Position numbers and translations under genes: made by a program
Shown here: positions 49,828 to 59,391 of the stretch, piece by piece
Position numbering within the stretch: position 1 is the first letter of the stretch
Layout: each line of letters begins with the position of its first letter
DNA from: Myxococcales bacterium
GTDB lineage: Bacteria; Myxococcota_A; Polyangia; Polyangiales; Polyangiaceae
Direction: 5' to 3'
NCBI GenBank assembly: GCA_043747615.1
Contig: JAYTOU010000032.1
Coordinates: 1-64,000 of the forward strand
DNA length: 64,000 nt
Notes under the pieces: model-generated
Database searches by the model: none
Told to the model about the DNA's origin: nothing
The model's input: only the letters and a program-made list of their open reading frames with translations

Positions 49828-51339
49828 ATGCCGAAGCCTTTTCGCAAGGTGCTCGTCGCGAACCGCGGCGAGATCGCCGTTCGCGTAATCCGAACACTCC
49901 ATGAGATGCAGATCGCTGCGGTCGCGGTCTACTCGGAGGTCGATCGTGCGGCGCTCCACGTGCGCATGTCGGACGAGGCCCACCTCATTGGCCCTGCTCC
50001 GGCCGCCGAGAGCTACCTCCTCGTCGACCGGATCGTCGACACCGCAAAAAAGGCAGGCTGCGACGCGATCCACCCCGGCTACGGCTTCCTCAGTGAGAAT
50101 CCCCTCCTCCCCGAGGCGTGCGAGCGCGCCGGCGTCACCTTCATCGGTCCTCCCGCGAGCTGCATGCGCCAGATGGGGTCGAAGACGGCAGCGCGTAAGC
50201 GAATGTCCGAGGCTGGCGTGCCCATCGTCCCCGGTGCCTCATGCGACAACACCGACGAAGCGATCGCCGCCGCGACCAAGGTGGGCTTCCCGGTGATGCT
50301 GAAGGCCTCGAGCGGAGGCGGAGGAAAAGGCATGCGCCTCGTGGAGCAGGCCTCCGAGATGGCCAGCGCCTGGGAGCGCGCCCGGAGCGAGGCCAAGAAA
50401 TTCTTCGGCGACGACACGGTGTACATTGAAAAGGCTCTTTTACGGCCTCGCCACGTGGAAATTCAGGTGCTCGGGGATCGCGAGGGAAACCTCGTTCACG
50501 TCTTCGAACGCGACTGTTCCATACAGCGCCGAAACCAGAAAGTGGTCGAAGAGACTCCGTCGCCCGCGGCCAGCCGGGAGCTCGTCGCGAAAATGGGCGC
50601 CATTGCCGTTCAAGGCGCGAAGGCCGTCGGATATTTTTCGGCGGGCACGTTCGAGTTCCTCCTGGCCGACGACGGCAGCTTCTATTTCCTCGAGATGAAC
50701 ACGCGTCTGCAGGTCGAGCATCCGATCACCGAGCTCGTGAGCGGTCTCGACCTCGTGCGTGAGATGGTCCTCATTGCGCAAGGGGAGAAGCTGACTTTTG
50801 CGCAGGAAGATCTCATGTCCCGCGGCGCGGCGATCGAGTGCCGAATCTACGCCGAGGATCCGGCAAGCGGGTTTCTCCCTTCACCCGGCACGATCGAAAA
50901 CCTGGTGACTCCCTCGGGCCCTGGCGTGCGGGACGACGGCGGCGCGTATCCGGGCTGCGTCATCTCGAGCTTCTATGATCCGCTGATCTCGAAGCTGAGC
51001 GTATGGGCACCAAATCGCGAACGCGCCGTGGCCCGGATGCGTCGCGCGCTTGCCGAGTACGTAGTCACCGGCATTCGTACGAACCTCAGCTTCCACGAGA
51101 AGCTCTTCGCTCACCCCGAGTTCGCCGCGGGGCGCTACGACACGGGATTTCTCGAGCGAAACAAAGACGAGCTGCTCGGCTATGCCGCCGTCCCCGCGAA
51201 GGATCGCGAGAAAATCGCAGTCGCCGTGGCCATCGCCGCAAGCCGCCTCGAACGCGACACCGGCAGTAGCGAAGCGAACGTAGGTGAGCGCGGCTCACGC
51301 CTCGCGCCGTGGGTCGCTCACCACCGCGCGCGACGCTGA
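49828..51339 (+). CDS. accC: Biotin carboxylase subunit of an acetyl/propionyl-CoA carboxylase
   Basis: ANRGEIA, HPGYGFLSEN, GGGGKGMR, RDCSIQRRNQK and EMNTRLQVEH. Confidence 0.9.
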   Translation: MPKPFRKVLVANRGEIAVRVIRTLHEMQIAAVAVYSEVDRAALHVRMSDEAHLIGPAPAAESYLLVDRIVDTAKKAGCDAIHPGYGFLSENPLLPEACERAGVTFIGPPASCMRQMGSKTAARKRMSEAGVPIVPGASCDNTDEAIAAATKVGFPVMLKASSGGGGKGMRLVEQASEMASAWERARSEAKKFFGDDTVYIEKALLRPRHVEIQVLGDREGNLVHVFERDCSIQRRNQKVVEETPSPAASRELVAKMGAIAVQGAKAVGYFSAGTFEFLLADDGSFYFLEMNTRLQVEHPITELVSGLDLVREMVLIAQGEKLTFAQEDLMSRGAAIECRIYAEDPASGFLPSPGTIENLVTPSGPGVRDDGGAYPGCVISSFYDPLISKLSVWAPNRERAVARMRRALAEYVVTGIRTNLSFHEKLFAHPEFAAGRYDTGFLERNKDELLGYAAVPAKDREKIAVAVAIAASRLERDTGSSEANVGERGSRLAPWVAHHRARR

Positions 51340-51343
51340 GCTT

Positions 51344-51841
51344 TCAGCCGGCGTCGCCGGCGTCGCTGGGGATCGTGCCCTGACCGCAGGCGGGGCGACA
51401 GCTTCCGATGAGGCAGAGAGCAAGGTCCTGGCCGAGGCTGGTGCCGGTCAGGGCGGCACCGCACGTCGTTACGGGCATCGTTTGCACGCAGCCGGCGAAG
51501 CCGACAACGGCGTCCTTGCAGGCGCAGTCGGCGTTGCAGGCGCTTATCTGGCTGGGGCACGACGAGCGGGCGCACTGGAGACAGGTGCCGACCGATGCGC
51601 CACCATCGCCGATGGCGGCATCACCGGGATTGATCGTGTTGAGGTCTGCGTCGACGCACGCGATGGCCGTGTCTTCTATGGCGTCGAGGCCAGTGTCCTG
51701 AACGGTAACCGCCTTGTCGGAGACGACGTCGCTGCCGGCGTCCGTCGATCCGCTGTCCGTGGTGCCGCCGCAGCCCGCTGCAACAAGACCGAATGTCGAA
51801 GCCGTGACCGCGAAGCCTGCAAGCAAGTGTCGTACGCGCAT
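51344..51841 (-). CDS. Small Cys-rich lipoprotein
   Basis: VAAGC lipobox, DAG-rich linker and a Cys-rich domain (CLQCARSSC...). Confidence 0.7.
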   Translation of the reverse strand: MRVRHLLAGFAVTASTFGLVAAGCGGTTDSGSTDAGSDVVSDKAVTVQDTGLDAIEDTAIACVDADLNTINPGDAAIGDGGASVGTCLQCARSSCPSQISACNADCACKDAVVGFAGCVQTMPVTTCGAALTGTSLGQDLALCLIGSCRPACGQGTIPSDAGDAG

Positions 51842-51887
51842 GGGCGACACACTACGCGCAGACCCTGTAGTGCGCTAGGCTTCGCAT

Positions 51888-54353
51888 ATGCTTATTCGAC
51901 GCGGTTTCGTCGTTTTTGGGCTCTTGGCATTTTCCCTTCTCGCGACCGGCTCGTGCTCCTCGACGAGCAACGCTTCCGCGGGTGCGGGCCCCGTCGCCCG
52001 CTTCAACGCCGGAGCGAGCGCGACGCCCGATTTCTTGGAGGTCCCTTTTCCGTCCGACGCGTACCTGGTCAACGGGAAGATCATCGACCCCCTCCCCAAC
52101 TTTGCAAAAGTGGTGAAACAGAGCGGCAACTACCTGACCCACGAGCTCGGAAAGATGAACGGCTTCTCGCGCGTCGCCCTCTCGCTCTTCGATGTCGACG
52201 ATACGCAGGCGCCGCTGGACGACAACGGCGAGTATGTCTCTGCGAAAATCGACGGCGCCACTCTCCCCATAAAGGAGACCGACTGCATCGCCGACGGGAG
52301 CTCCATCTTTCTCATCGATCTCGAGGCCACCGATCCGGCGAAGATGCGGATCCTCTGCCGCGGACAGTTTCACGAGGACGGCGCCCTCTCCCGCTCACGG
52401 CCCGTGCTCGCGATCGGACCAGCGCGCGGAATCGTGCTCGCCGAAGGGCACAAGTACGCCACTGTTCTCACCAGTCGCGTGAAGGACAAGAGCGGAAATG
52501 CGCTCATGGCGAGCGCCGATTTCAAAAAGCTTCGCGACGGCAATTCAGCGCATCCCCTCGCCGCCCTCTACGGAGATGCGCTCGGGAAGGTGAAAGCTGC
52601 GATCGGCGGAGCCCTCGCCGCGGACAAAGCGGAGGTCGTGGCCATCGCCCCCTTCACGACCAACAAGATGACGAGCGAGCTCTACAAGATGCGCGACTCG
52701 CTCGAGGACAGCCCAGCGCCGACTCTCGCGTGGGACGCGGCCACCGTGGCGCCGATGGGAGCCACCAAGTTCGCTCCGAAAATCGCGGGCGTCCTCCCCG
52801 TCGGTTTCACGGCGAGCCTCGATGACTACCTCGGTGTCGTCGGCGCGGACGCCGTCCTGCCGGATGGCAGCCAGGATCCCGATCGCGATCTGCCCGTACG
52901 CGCCCACGACAAGATCGCAGCGGCGGGAACAGCGGTGTTCGCGGCCACTAACTTTCTCGTCAACAAGGGCGGCTACGACGTCATCGACCACGCCACCTTC
53001 GCGAAGGACGCCGCCGGAAATGTCATCCCCGCACCCGACAGTCCGAAGACCAAGATCTGGGTGACCTTCGCGATCCCCACCGGACCGATGCCCGCCGCCG
53101 GCTTCCCCGTGGTGATCTTGCAGCACGGACTGGGCGGCTCGCGCGATTTTCTCTACGACATGGCGAACGTCTTTTGCGCCAAGGGCTGGGTCACCGTGGC
53201 CATCGACAGCGTGACGTTTGGAGCGCGCGCACCCGAAGCCCAGTACCAGAAAGACCAGCACACCGACTACGAGAGAGCCCCCGGCGCGATCTACAAGGGG
53301 CCCGATGGAATCGCCGATCCCGTCCTCGGGTCACGCAACGGCTCGTTCGATCTCTTCGGCGGCCTCAAGAACATCGGCGCGCTCCGCGATCAACTTCGCG
53401 AAGCGGCGATCGATACCGCACAGCTCGTGCGGGTCCTCCGCTCGAACCCGGATCTGTCGCCGCTCAAGACGGGCGTGGACACACCGAAAATCGATCCCGA
53501 TCGCGTCGCGTACACGGGAGACTCACTCGGTGGGATCGAAGGTGCGCTCTCGGCGAGCATCGAACCAAACGTGAAGACGTGGGTGCTGAACGTGGCGGGC
53601 GCAGGCCTCCTTCTCGAAATCGGCACGCACGGGCCGGGGATCGCCCTCCAGCTCTCGCTTGCCGGCGGGCTAAATTTTGGCGCCACTGGAGACAAGTTCA
53701 ACGAGTCGCATCCGCTCGTCACCCTCATCCAGACGATCAACGATCCAGGCGACGCCATCAACTACGCGTCGAACCTCGTCCTCACTCCGCAGCCGCTGAA
53801 AGGAGCAAAGACCAATCCGCGAAACATCCTCCAGATCGAGGTGCTCTATGACGAGCTCGTTTCGAACGAATCGAACGAGGCCCTGGCGCGCGCTGCCGGA
53901 TACGGGCTCGGACTCCCGAACGTCGGCTCGAACGCTGGCATTCGCGACCTCAAAAATATTTCCGCAAACCCTGGCCGTGTTCCGCTTTCGGATGTCGCGC
54001 CGGACGGAGCCGGGGCCATCCACGACACGCCGGTCGCCGGAGTGACGGCCGTCGTCATCCAGACATCTCCTTCGGCACACGGATCGGACATGTACAGCTC
54101 GAAGGGGCACCGAACGTTCGCCATTCCCTACGCGCGGTTCGACCAGTCCACCCCTTTTCCGATGCTCGACAAAGACTTCAAGGTCAGAACTTCATACCGC
54201 GAGATCCAGGCCACCCTCGTGCAGTTCATCGACGACGGATTCCAGGGAATCGTCCCCCGGGTGGCTGGCTTCAAGCCCCCCATCCGCGATTTCGACGATG
54301 ACGGCACAGCCGACGATGTCGACCCCGACCCGAACAACCCAGCCATCAAGTAG
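51888..54353 (+). CDS. Large lipoprotein with alpha/beta hydrolase (lipase-like) domain
   Basis: Signal/lipobox, VPFPSD, FPVVILQHGLGG and nucleophile GDSLGG. Confidence 0.75.
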   Translation: MLIRRGFVVFGLLAFSLLATGSCSSTSNASAGAGPVARFNAGASATPDFLEVPFPSDAYLVNGKIIDPLPNFAKVVKQSGNYLTHELGKMNGFSRVALSLFDVDDTQAPLDDNGEYVSAKIDGATLPIKETDCIADGSSIFLIDLEATDPAKMRILCRGQFHEDGALSRSRPVLAIGPARGIVLAEGHKYATVLTSRVKDKSGNALMASADFKKLRDGNSAHPLAALYGDALGKVKAAIGGALAADKAEVVAIAPFTTNKMTSELYKMRDSLEDSPAPTLAWDAATVAPMGATKFAPKIAGVLPVGFTASLDDYLGVVGADAVLPDGSQDPDRDLPVRAHDKIAAAGTAVFAATNFLVNKGGYDVIDHATFAKDAAGNVIPAPDSPKTKIWVTFAIPTGPMPAAGFPVVILQHGLGGSRDFLYDMANVFCAKGWVTVAIDSVTFGARAPEAQYQKDQHTDYERAPGAIYKGPDGIADPVLGSRNGSFDLFGGLKNIGALRDQLREAAIDTAQLVRVLRSNPDLSPLKTGVDTPKIDPDRVAYTGDSLGGIEGALSASIEPNVKTWVLNVAGAGLLLEIGTHGPGIALQLSLAGGLNFGATGDKFNESHPLVTLIQTINDPGDAINYASNLVLTPQPLKGAKTNPRNILQIEVLYDELVSNESNEALARAAGYGLGLPNVGSNAGIRDLKNISANPGRVPLSDVAPDGAGAIHDTPVAGVTAVVIQTSPSAHGSDMYSSKGHRTFAIPYARFDQSTPFPMLDKDFKVRTSYREIQATLVQFIDDGFQGIVPRVAGFKPPIRDFDDDGTADDVDPDPNNPAIK

Positions 54354-54454
54354 CACCGTGGAAATGGAAGGTGCGCCGAGTAGGCGACATCGTCCCGCGC
54401 GCTGACGGTTTGTTTGCGACGTCCATCGCGAAGTTCCGGTGCTAGTTAAATAAA

Positions 54455-55441
54455 ATGGGAGCGACCTCCGGCCGATGGCCTCTCGGCGGGGTAACGGACG
54501 ACTCGGCCTGGCGACGCGACGCAGTGGTCGGCGTCGCTCTTCTGACTCTCGCCGTGGGCGCTGTAATGCTGAAGCTGGCGCTGTGGGAGAGGCCGCTCCT
54601 CTTGGCGGTCGCGGTCGGCGGACTCAGTCGTCTCGTGCTCGGGATGCGCGCGCGGCGAACGCGAAATGCACCGCGTGGATGGCTGACGGTGGATCCGACC
54701 GGCATCACGCGCATCGATGCGAAGGGGTCCACCATGCTCGCCGCCTGGACGCGACCGTTCGGGGTGACGATCCTCACCAACCCATCACGAACGCGCGGAC
54801 TGCTCGCCTTCACCACACCGGACGCAACCCGTTACGTCGCCGTTGCCTGCGTCGGTCCAGAAGATCCCCCGCTCGCGCGTGACCTTTTTGCGCTCGGCGC
54901 GATGGTGCCAGACAACGACGCTTTTGGTTCCGAGGGCGACGATCAGGCGAGCCTGAGGCCCCGCGGCGGGCTCGAGCTCCTCCGATCCATCGCCGCCCAC
55001 GCTTCCCCGGCACTGCAGCACATTTATCTGTCTGGCTCGCACGGCGAAGCCATCGTGCTCGAAGGAACGGAGCTTCGCGTCGGAGCCAGCACCTTCGATC
55101 TCACGTCACCCCTCGAGTGGCGCGGCTTCATGTTCCACGAGTCGGTCGGGCAAGTGGCGACGATTTACCAAGCGACGTGGGTTCGTCAGGCGGGGTCGGA
55201 GCTCGTGCTCGTCGCCCCCATGCCCGTAGAGATGAGCGTACCGGTGGAGTCGGACCTCCGGACGCGACGCGACTTGAAGTTGTTGCAATCTACACCCGAT
55301 GCCCCCCCTCCTCGCGAGCTTCGCCGCGCCATCGAGCGCCTCTTCATGCTTCCGCTCCGACAAGCTCTGGATCGCGCGCCCAAAGCTGCGCGGCAGAGTC
55401 TTCCTCCGGAGCACACGATTCCAGCGGGCCCATCTAGCTGA
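54455..55441 (+). CDS. Hypothetical membrane-anchored protein
   Basis: Two N-terminal TMs; fills the gap before metG. Confidence 0.6.
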   Translation: MGATSGRWPLGGVTDDSAWRRDAVVGVALLTLAVGAVMLKLALWERPLLLAVAVGGLSRLVLGMRARRTRNAPRGWLTVDPTGITRIDAKGSTMLAAWTRPFGVTILTNPSRTRGLLAFTTPDATRYVAVACVGPEDPPLARDLFALGAMVPDNDAFGSEGDDQASLRPRGGLELLRSIAAHASPALQHIYLSGSHGEAIVLEGTELRVGASTFDLTSPLEWRGFMFHESVGQVATIYQATWVRQAGSELVLVAPMPVEMSVPVESDLRTRRDLKLLQSTPDAPPPRELRRAIERLFMLPLRQALDRAPKAARQSLPPEHTIPAGPSS

Positions 55442-55510
55442 GCTTCATGCAGCAGTGACGCGTGATACACGTCACGCGGCGTAGGACGTCGTGTTAGATC
55501 CGAGCGCGCC

Positions 55511-57490
55511 ATGGCGCTCTCGAACTTCTACGTCACGACTCCGATCTATTACGTCAACGACGTCCCGCATCTCGGGCACGCGTACACCACGGTCGCGGCC
55601 GACGCACTTCGCCGGTATCACGCGCTCCGCGGAGAAGACACGCGAATGCTGACCGGGACGGACGAGCACGGCCTGAAGATTGAGCGCCAAGCCGCCGAGC
55701 GCGGCATCACCCCGAAGGCCTTCGTCGACGAGATCAGCGTGCGCTTTCGCGACGCCTGGCCTCACTTTCAGATCCACGTCGATGATTTCATTCGGACCAC
55801 GGAGCCACGTCATACGGCCTTCGTCCAAGAGCTCTGGAAGAAGGTCGCCGCGAACGGCTTCCTCCGAAAAGGCTCCTACGAGGGCTGGTACTGCGTCGGC
55901 TGCGAGGGCTACAAAACGGAAAAAGATCTCCTGCCCGGCAACGTTTGCCCGGACCACCTGAAGCCGGTGGAGTGGCTGAAAGAGGAGACGTACTTCTTCG
56001 AGCTCCAAAAGTTCGAGAAGCAGCTCCTCGATCTGTACGAGAAAAACCCTGGTTTCGTGGGGCCTGCGACGAGGCGGAACGAGGTCATCAGCTTCGTCTC
56101 GAGCGGCCTCAAAGAGCTCAGCGTGTCGCGCACGACCTTCAACTGGGGCGTTCCCGTACCCGGCGATGAGAGCCATGTGATGTACGTGTGGTTCGACGCG
56201 CTCGCGAACTACCTCTCCGCGCTCGGCGGGGAGAAGGGCGAGCTCGGGCGCTTCTGGCCGCCGAGGGGACGCGCGATCCACCTCGTCGGAAAAGACATCC
56301 TCCGTTTTCACGCCGTGTACTGGCCTGCGTTTTTGCTCGCCGCCGGCTACAGCGAAGCGGAGCTTCCGACCCAGATCTTCGCGCACGGTTTTCTCACCAT
56401 CGACGGGCAGAAAATGTCGAAAAGCCTGCGAAACGCGGTGGATCCGATCCGCTTGGCCAACGAGCTCGGCTCGGACACGCTTCGCTACTACCTTCTGCGC
56501 GCGATCGCTTTCGGCCAAGACGGAGACTTCGTTCACGCCGGGATCATCGAGCGCTACAACGCCGACCTCGCCAACAACCTCGGCAACCTTCTGCACCGCA
56601 CGTTCGGCCTCTGCGCAAAATTCGCAGACGCGAAAGCCGAGCTCGGAGCCGCGAAAGAGCTCGAGACCGAGCTCGGCAAAAAAGCGGAGACCGCCTTCTT
56701 CGAGGCTCAAGCCGCCTGGGAGGACGTAGCTCCTCACCGCGCGCTCGAGCTCACATGGGCGCTCGCGGCGGCGGCGAATCAGTACGTCGATCGCGCGGCC
56801 CCGTGGGCGGTGGCGAAATCGCAGGACTGGCCGCATCTCGAGCGCGTTCTCGCAACGCTCCTTGAAGTGCTCCGCAATTTGAGCGTGATGATCTGGCCGG
56901 CGATGCCTGCGAAGAGCGACGCCATGCGCGTGCAGCTTGGACTCGATCCCATCGCCGTCAAACCGGGCAGCGACGTCTGGCCTCGACTCTTTGCGCCCAC
57001 GCGGCGCGTGGGCTTGGCTCCCGGCGCGCCTCTTTTTCCGACGTTCGACAAAGACGCGGAAGCGGCGCTGCTCGAGCGTTTGGCCCCTAAACCCGAGGTG
57101 ATCGCGAAGAGCGACGTGGCCGGAGACAAGCCTTCTCCGCCGAGCCGGGAGGGGCCGCTCGCAAAAATTTCCTACGACCAGTTCGCGGCAACGGAGCTCA
57201 AAGTCGGCGTCGTGCGGACGTGCGAAAAAGTCCCCAAGAAGGACAAGCTCCTTCGTCTCGTCGTCGATCTTGGAGAGGCGGAGCCGCGCACGATCATCGC
57301 GGGTCTCGCGCTGTCGTTTGCTCCAGAGAGCCTCGTCGGCAAGCGCGTGGTGGTGGTCGCGAACCTGGAGCCCCGTGACTTCGGCAAGGGCCTTGTCTCC
57401 CACGGAATGCTCCTCGCAACCGGCCCGAGCGACGCGCTGATCCTCGCGACCGTCGAAGGCGATGCTGCTCCCGGCATGCGTCTCAAGTAG
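55511..57490 (+). CDS. metG: Methionine-tRNA ligase with C-terminal tRNA-binding domain
   Basis: TTPIYYVN..PHLGHAY, GTDEHG, YVWFDAL and KMSKS. Confidence 0.97.
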   Translation: MALSNFYVTTPIYYVNDVPHLGHAYTTVAADALRRYHALRGEDTRMLTGTDEHGLKIERQAAERGITPKAFVDEISVRFRDAWPHFQIHVDDFIRTTEPRHTAFVQELWKKVAANGFLRKGSYEGWYCVGCEGYKTEKDLLPGNVCPDHLKPVEWLKEETYFFELQKFEKQLLDLYEKNPGFVGPATRRNEVISFVSSGLKELSVSRTTFNWGVPVPGDESHVMYVWFDALANYLSALGGEKGELGRFWPPRGRAIHLVGKDILRFHAVYWPAFLLAAGYSEAELPTQIFAHGFLTIDGQKMSKSLRNAVDPIRLANELGSDTLRYYLLRAIAFGQDGDFVHAGIIERYNADLANNLGNLLHRTFGLCAKFADAKAELGAAKELETELGKKAETAFFEAQAAWEDVAPHRALELTWALAAAANQYVDRAAPWAVAKSQDWPHLERVLATLLEVLRNLSVMIWPAMPAKSDAMRVQLGLDPIAVKPGSDVWPRLFAPTRRVGLAPGAPLFPTFDKDAEAALLERLAPKPEVIAKSDVAGDKPSPPSREGPLAKISYDQFAATELKVGVVRTCEKVPKKDKLLRLVVDLGEAEPRTIIAGLALSFAPESLVGKRVVVVANLEPRDFGKGLVSHGMLLATGPSDALILATVEGDAAPGMRLK

Positions 57491-57516
57491 TCGTCGCGCT
57501 CAGTCGACGCGGCGTT

Positions 57517-58827
57517 TCAATCGACGCGGCCGCGAACGAGTGGCACGGGACTCGGCGCAGCGGGTTCCAAGCGAAATGCGTTGCGCACGCGATCGCTGAC
57601 TTTCGCGGCGTCGGAAGCGTTTCGCACGTGCAGCTGCGCGAGCTCGTCTCCGCGCTTCACGTGTGCGCCGGGCTTCGCAAAGATCGAAATTCCTACTTCC
57701 GGATCGACGGCCTGATCGGCGCGCGTGCGACCGGCTCCCATGGCCACCGAGGCCATGCCGATCTCGAGCGCGTCGACGCCGGCGACGAATCCATCGCTCG
57801 AAGCAGTGACCGCCACCGTAACCTCCGCCACTTTCATACGCGCCGGCTCGGTCACCACCTTTGCATCGCCACCCTGGGCTGCGACCAAACGCTCCATGAT
57901 CCGTACACCGTCGCCGCTGCTGATCGCCTTTGAAATAAGGGTCCGCCCCTCGGTTGCGTCTTTTGCTTTTCCACCAAGAACGAGCATCTCCGCGCCGAGG
58001 ACAAGGGTGCACTCGACGAGATCCGCCGGTCCTTTGCCGTGCAGAACCTCGAGCGCCTCGCGGGTCTCGATGGCGTTGCCCACGGCGACGCCGAGCGGCG
58101 AGTCCATGTTCGTGAGAATGGCGACGACTTTTTTGTGCGCTCGGGTCCCCACCCGCACGAGCGCCTCTGCCAGCTTGCGAGCGCTCGCCTCGTCTTTCAT
58201 GAAGGCACCCCGCCCGACCTTCACGTCGAGCACGAGACCGTCGATTCCTTCGGCGAGCTTCTTCGAAAGAATGGAAGCCACGATGAGCGGAATGCACTCG
58301 ACCGTCGCCGTCACGTCGCGCAGCGCGTAAATACGCTTGTCTGCGGGGGCAATCTCCTTCGTCTGCCCGATGAGCGACGTGCCCACCTCGCCGACGATCC
58401 GCGAGAAGTCTGCCACGCTGAGATCCGTCCGGAAGCCCGGGATCGCCTCGAGCTTGTCGAGCGTGCCCCCGGTGTGACCGAGCCCGCGACCGCTGACCAT
58501 GGGAACGGGAACCCCACAGGCCGCCACGAGCGGCGCTAAGCAGATCGAGACCTTGTCCCCCACTCCGCCCGTGGAATGTTTGTCGACCTTGATCCCGGGA
58601 ACGGACGAAAGATCGATCACCGTTCCCGAGGCGAGCATTGCCTCGGTGAGGGCGACGGTCTCGGCGTCGTCGAGACCGCGTAAAAACGCGGCCATCAGAA
58701 ACGCCGACATCTGGTAGTCCGCGACCGACCCGTCCATGAACGACGAAATCAGGTAGGCGATCTCCTCGCTCGTGAGGCACAGCCCGTCCCTCTTGGCGGA
58801 AATTAGCTCGACGATCGATCGCTGCAT
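57517..58827 (-). CDS. deoA: Thymidine/pyrimidine-nucleoside phosphorylase
   Basis: KRDG, DKHSTGGVGDK, SGRGLGHTGGTLDKLE and SILSKK; ATG at 58827. Confidence 0.93.
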   Translation of the reverse strand: MQRSIVELISAKRDGLCLTSEEIAYLISSFMDGSVADYQMSAFLMAAFLRGLDDAETVALTEAMLASGTVIDLSSVPGIKVDKHSTGGVGDKVSICLAPLVAACGVPVPMVSGRGLGHTGGTLDKLEAIPGFRTDLSVADFSRIVGEVGTSLIGQTKEIAPADKRIYALRDVTATVECIPLIVASILSKKLAEGIDGLVLDVKVGRGAFMKDEASARKLAEALVRVGTRAHKKVVAILTNMDSPLGVAVGNAIETREALEVLHGKGPADLVECTLVLGAEMLVLGGKAKDATEGRTLISKAISSGDGVRIMERLVAAQGGDAKVVTEPARMKVAEVTVAVTASSDGFVAGVDALEIGMASVAMGAGRTRADQAVDPEVGISIFAKPGAHVKRGDELAQLHVRNASDAAKVSDRVRNAFRLEPAAPSPVPLVRGRVD

Positions 58828-58870
58828 GGCGTCCGCAACGTTAGCATCTTGCACTACACTCGCGCGTACG

Positions 58871-59389
58871 ATGCGAACCCACGTTCTTCCTTTCGTTCTC
58901 CTGCTGATGACCGCCTGCTCGAAGCCGGAGGGCGAATCGAGGCCTGCGGATCCGCCGCCACCTCCTGCCCCTTCCGTGCCGAGCGAAGCTCCGAGCGCGC
59001 CCGTCGCGGTGGTGCCGAGCGCAGCGCCAAGCACGACCCCGAGCGCAGTGGCCATCGCCGTTCCGAGCGCGACGGGCAGCGCGAAGCCTGTAGCTACGGG
59101 GCCAACCTGCGGAGTGAAGCCGCTACCCGACTGCCCGCTGCAGGCTTGGATGAAGGCGAATACCGCTCCTGCGATGGCCGCCGGCGACATGCCCGCCCTC
59201 GCGACTGCGTTCGATCAGATCGCGAAGTTCGCCCCCCCCGGCTACACGAACTGGGCGTCGATATCGAAGGACGGCGCGAGGGCCGGACGCGAAGCCCAGC
59301 TCGACGCGGTGAAAGCGGCGTGCCGCGGATGCCACGATCAGTACAAGACGAAATACAAAACCGAGATTCGCACGCGCGCGCTTCCCTGA
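58871..59389 (+). CDS. Lipoprotein with a C-terminal CxxCH (cytochrome c'/class II-like)
   Basis: LMTAC lipobox, Pro/Ser/Ala linker, helical domain ending in ACRGCHDQYK. Confidence 0.7.
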   Translation: MRTHVLPFVLLLMTACSKPEGESRPADPPPPPAPSVPSEAPSAPVAVVPSAAPSTTPSAVAIAVPSATGSAKPVATGPTCGVKPLPDCPLQAWMKANTAPAMAAGDMPALATAFDQIAKFAPPGYTNWASISKDGARAGREAQLDAVKAACRGCHDQYKTKYKTEIRTRALP

Positions 59390-59391
59390 GG

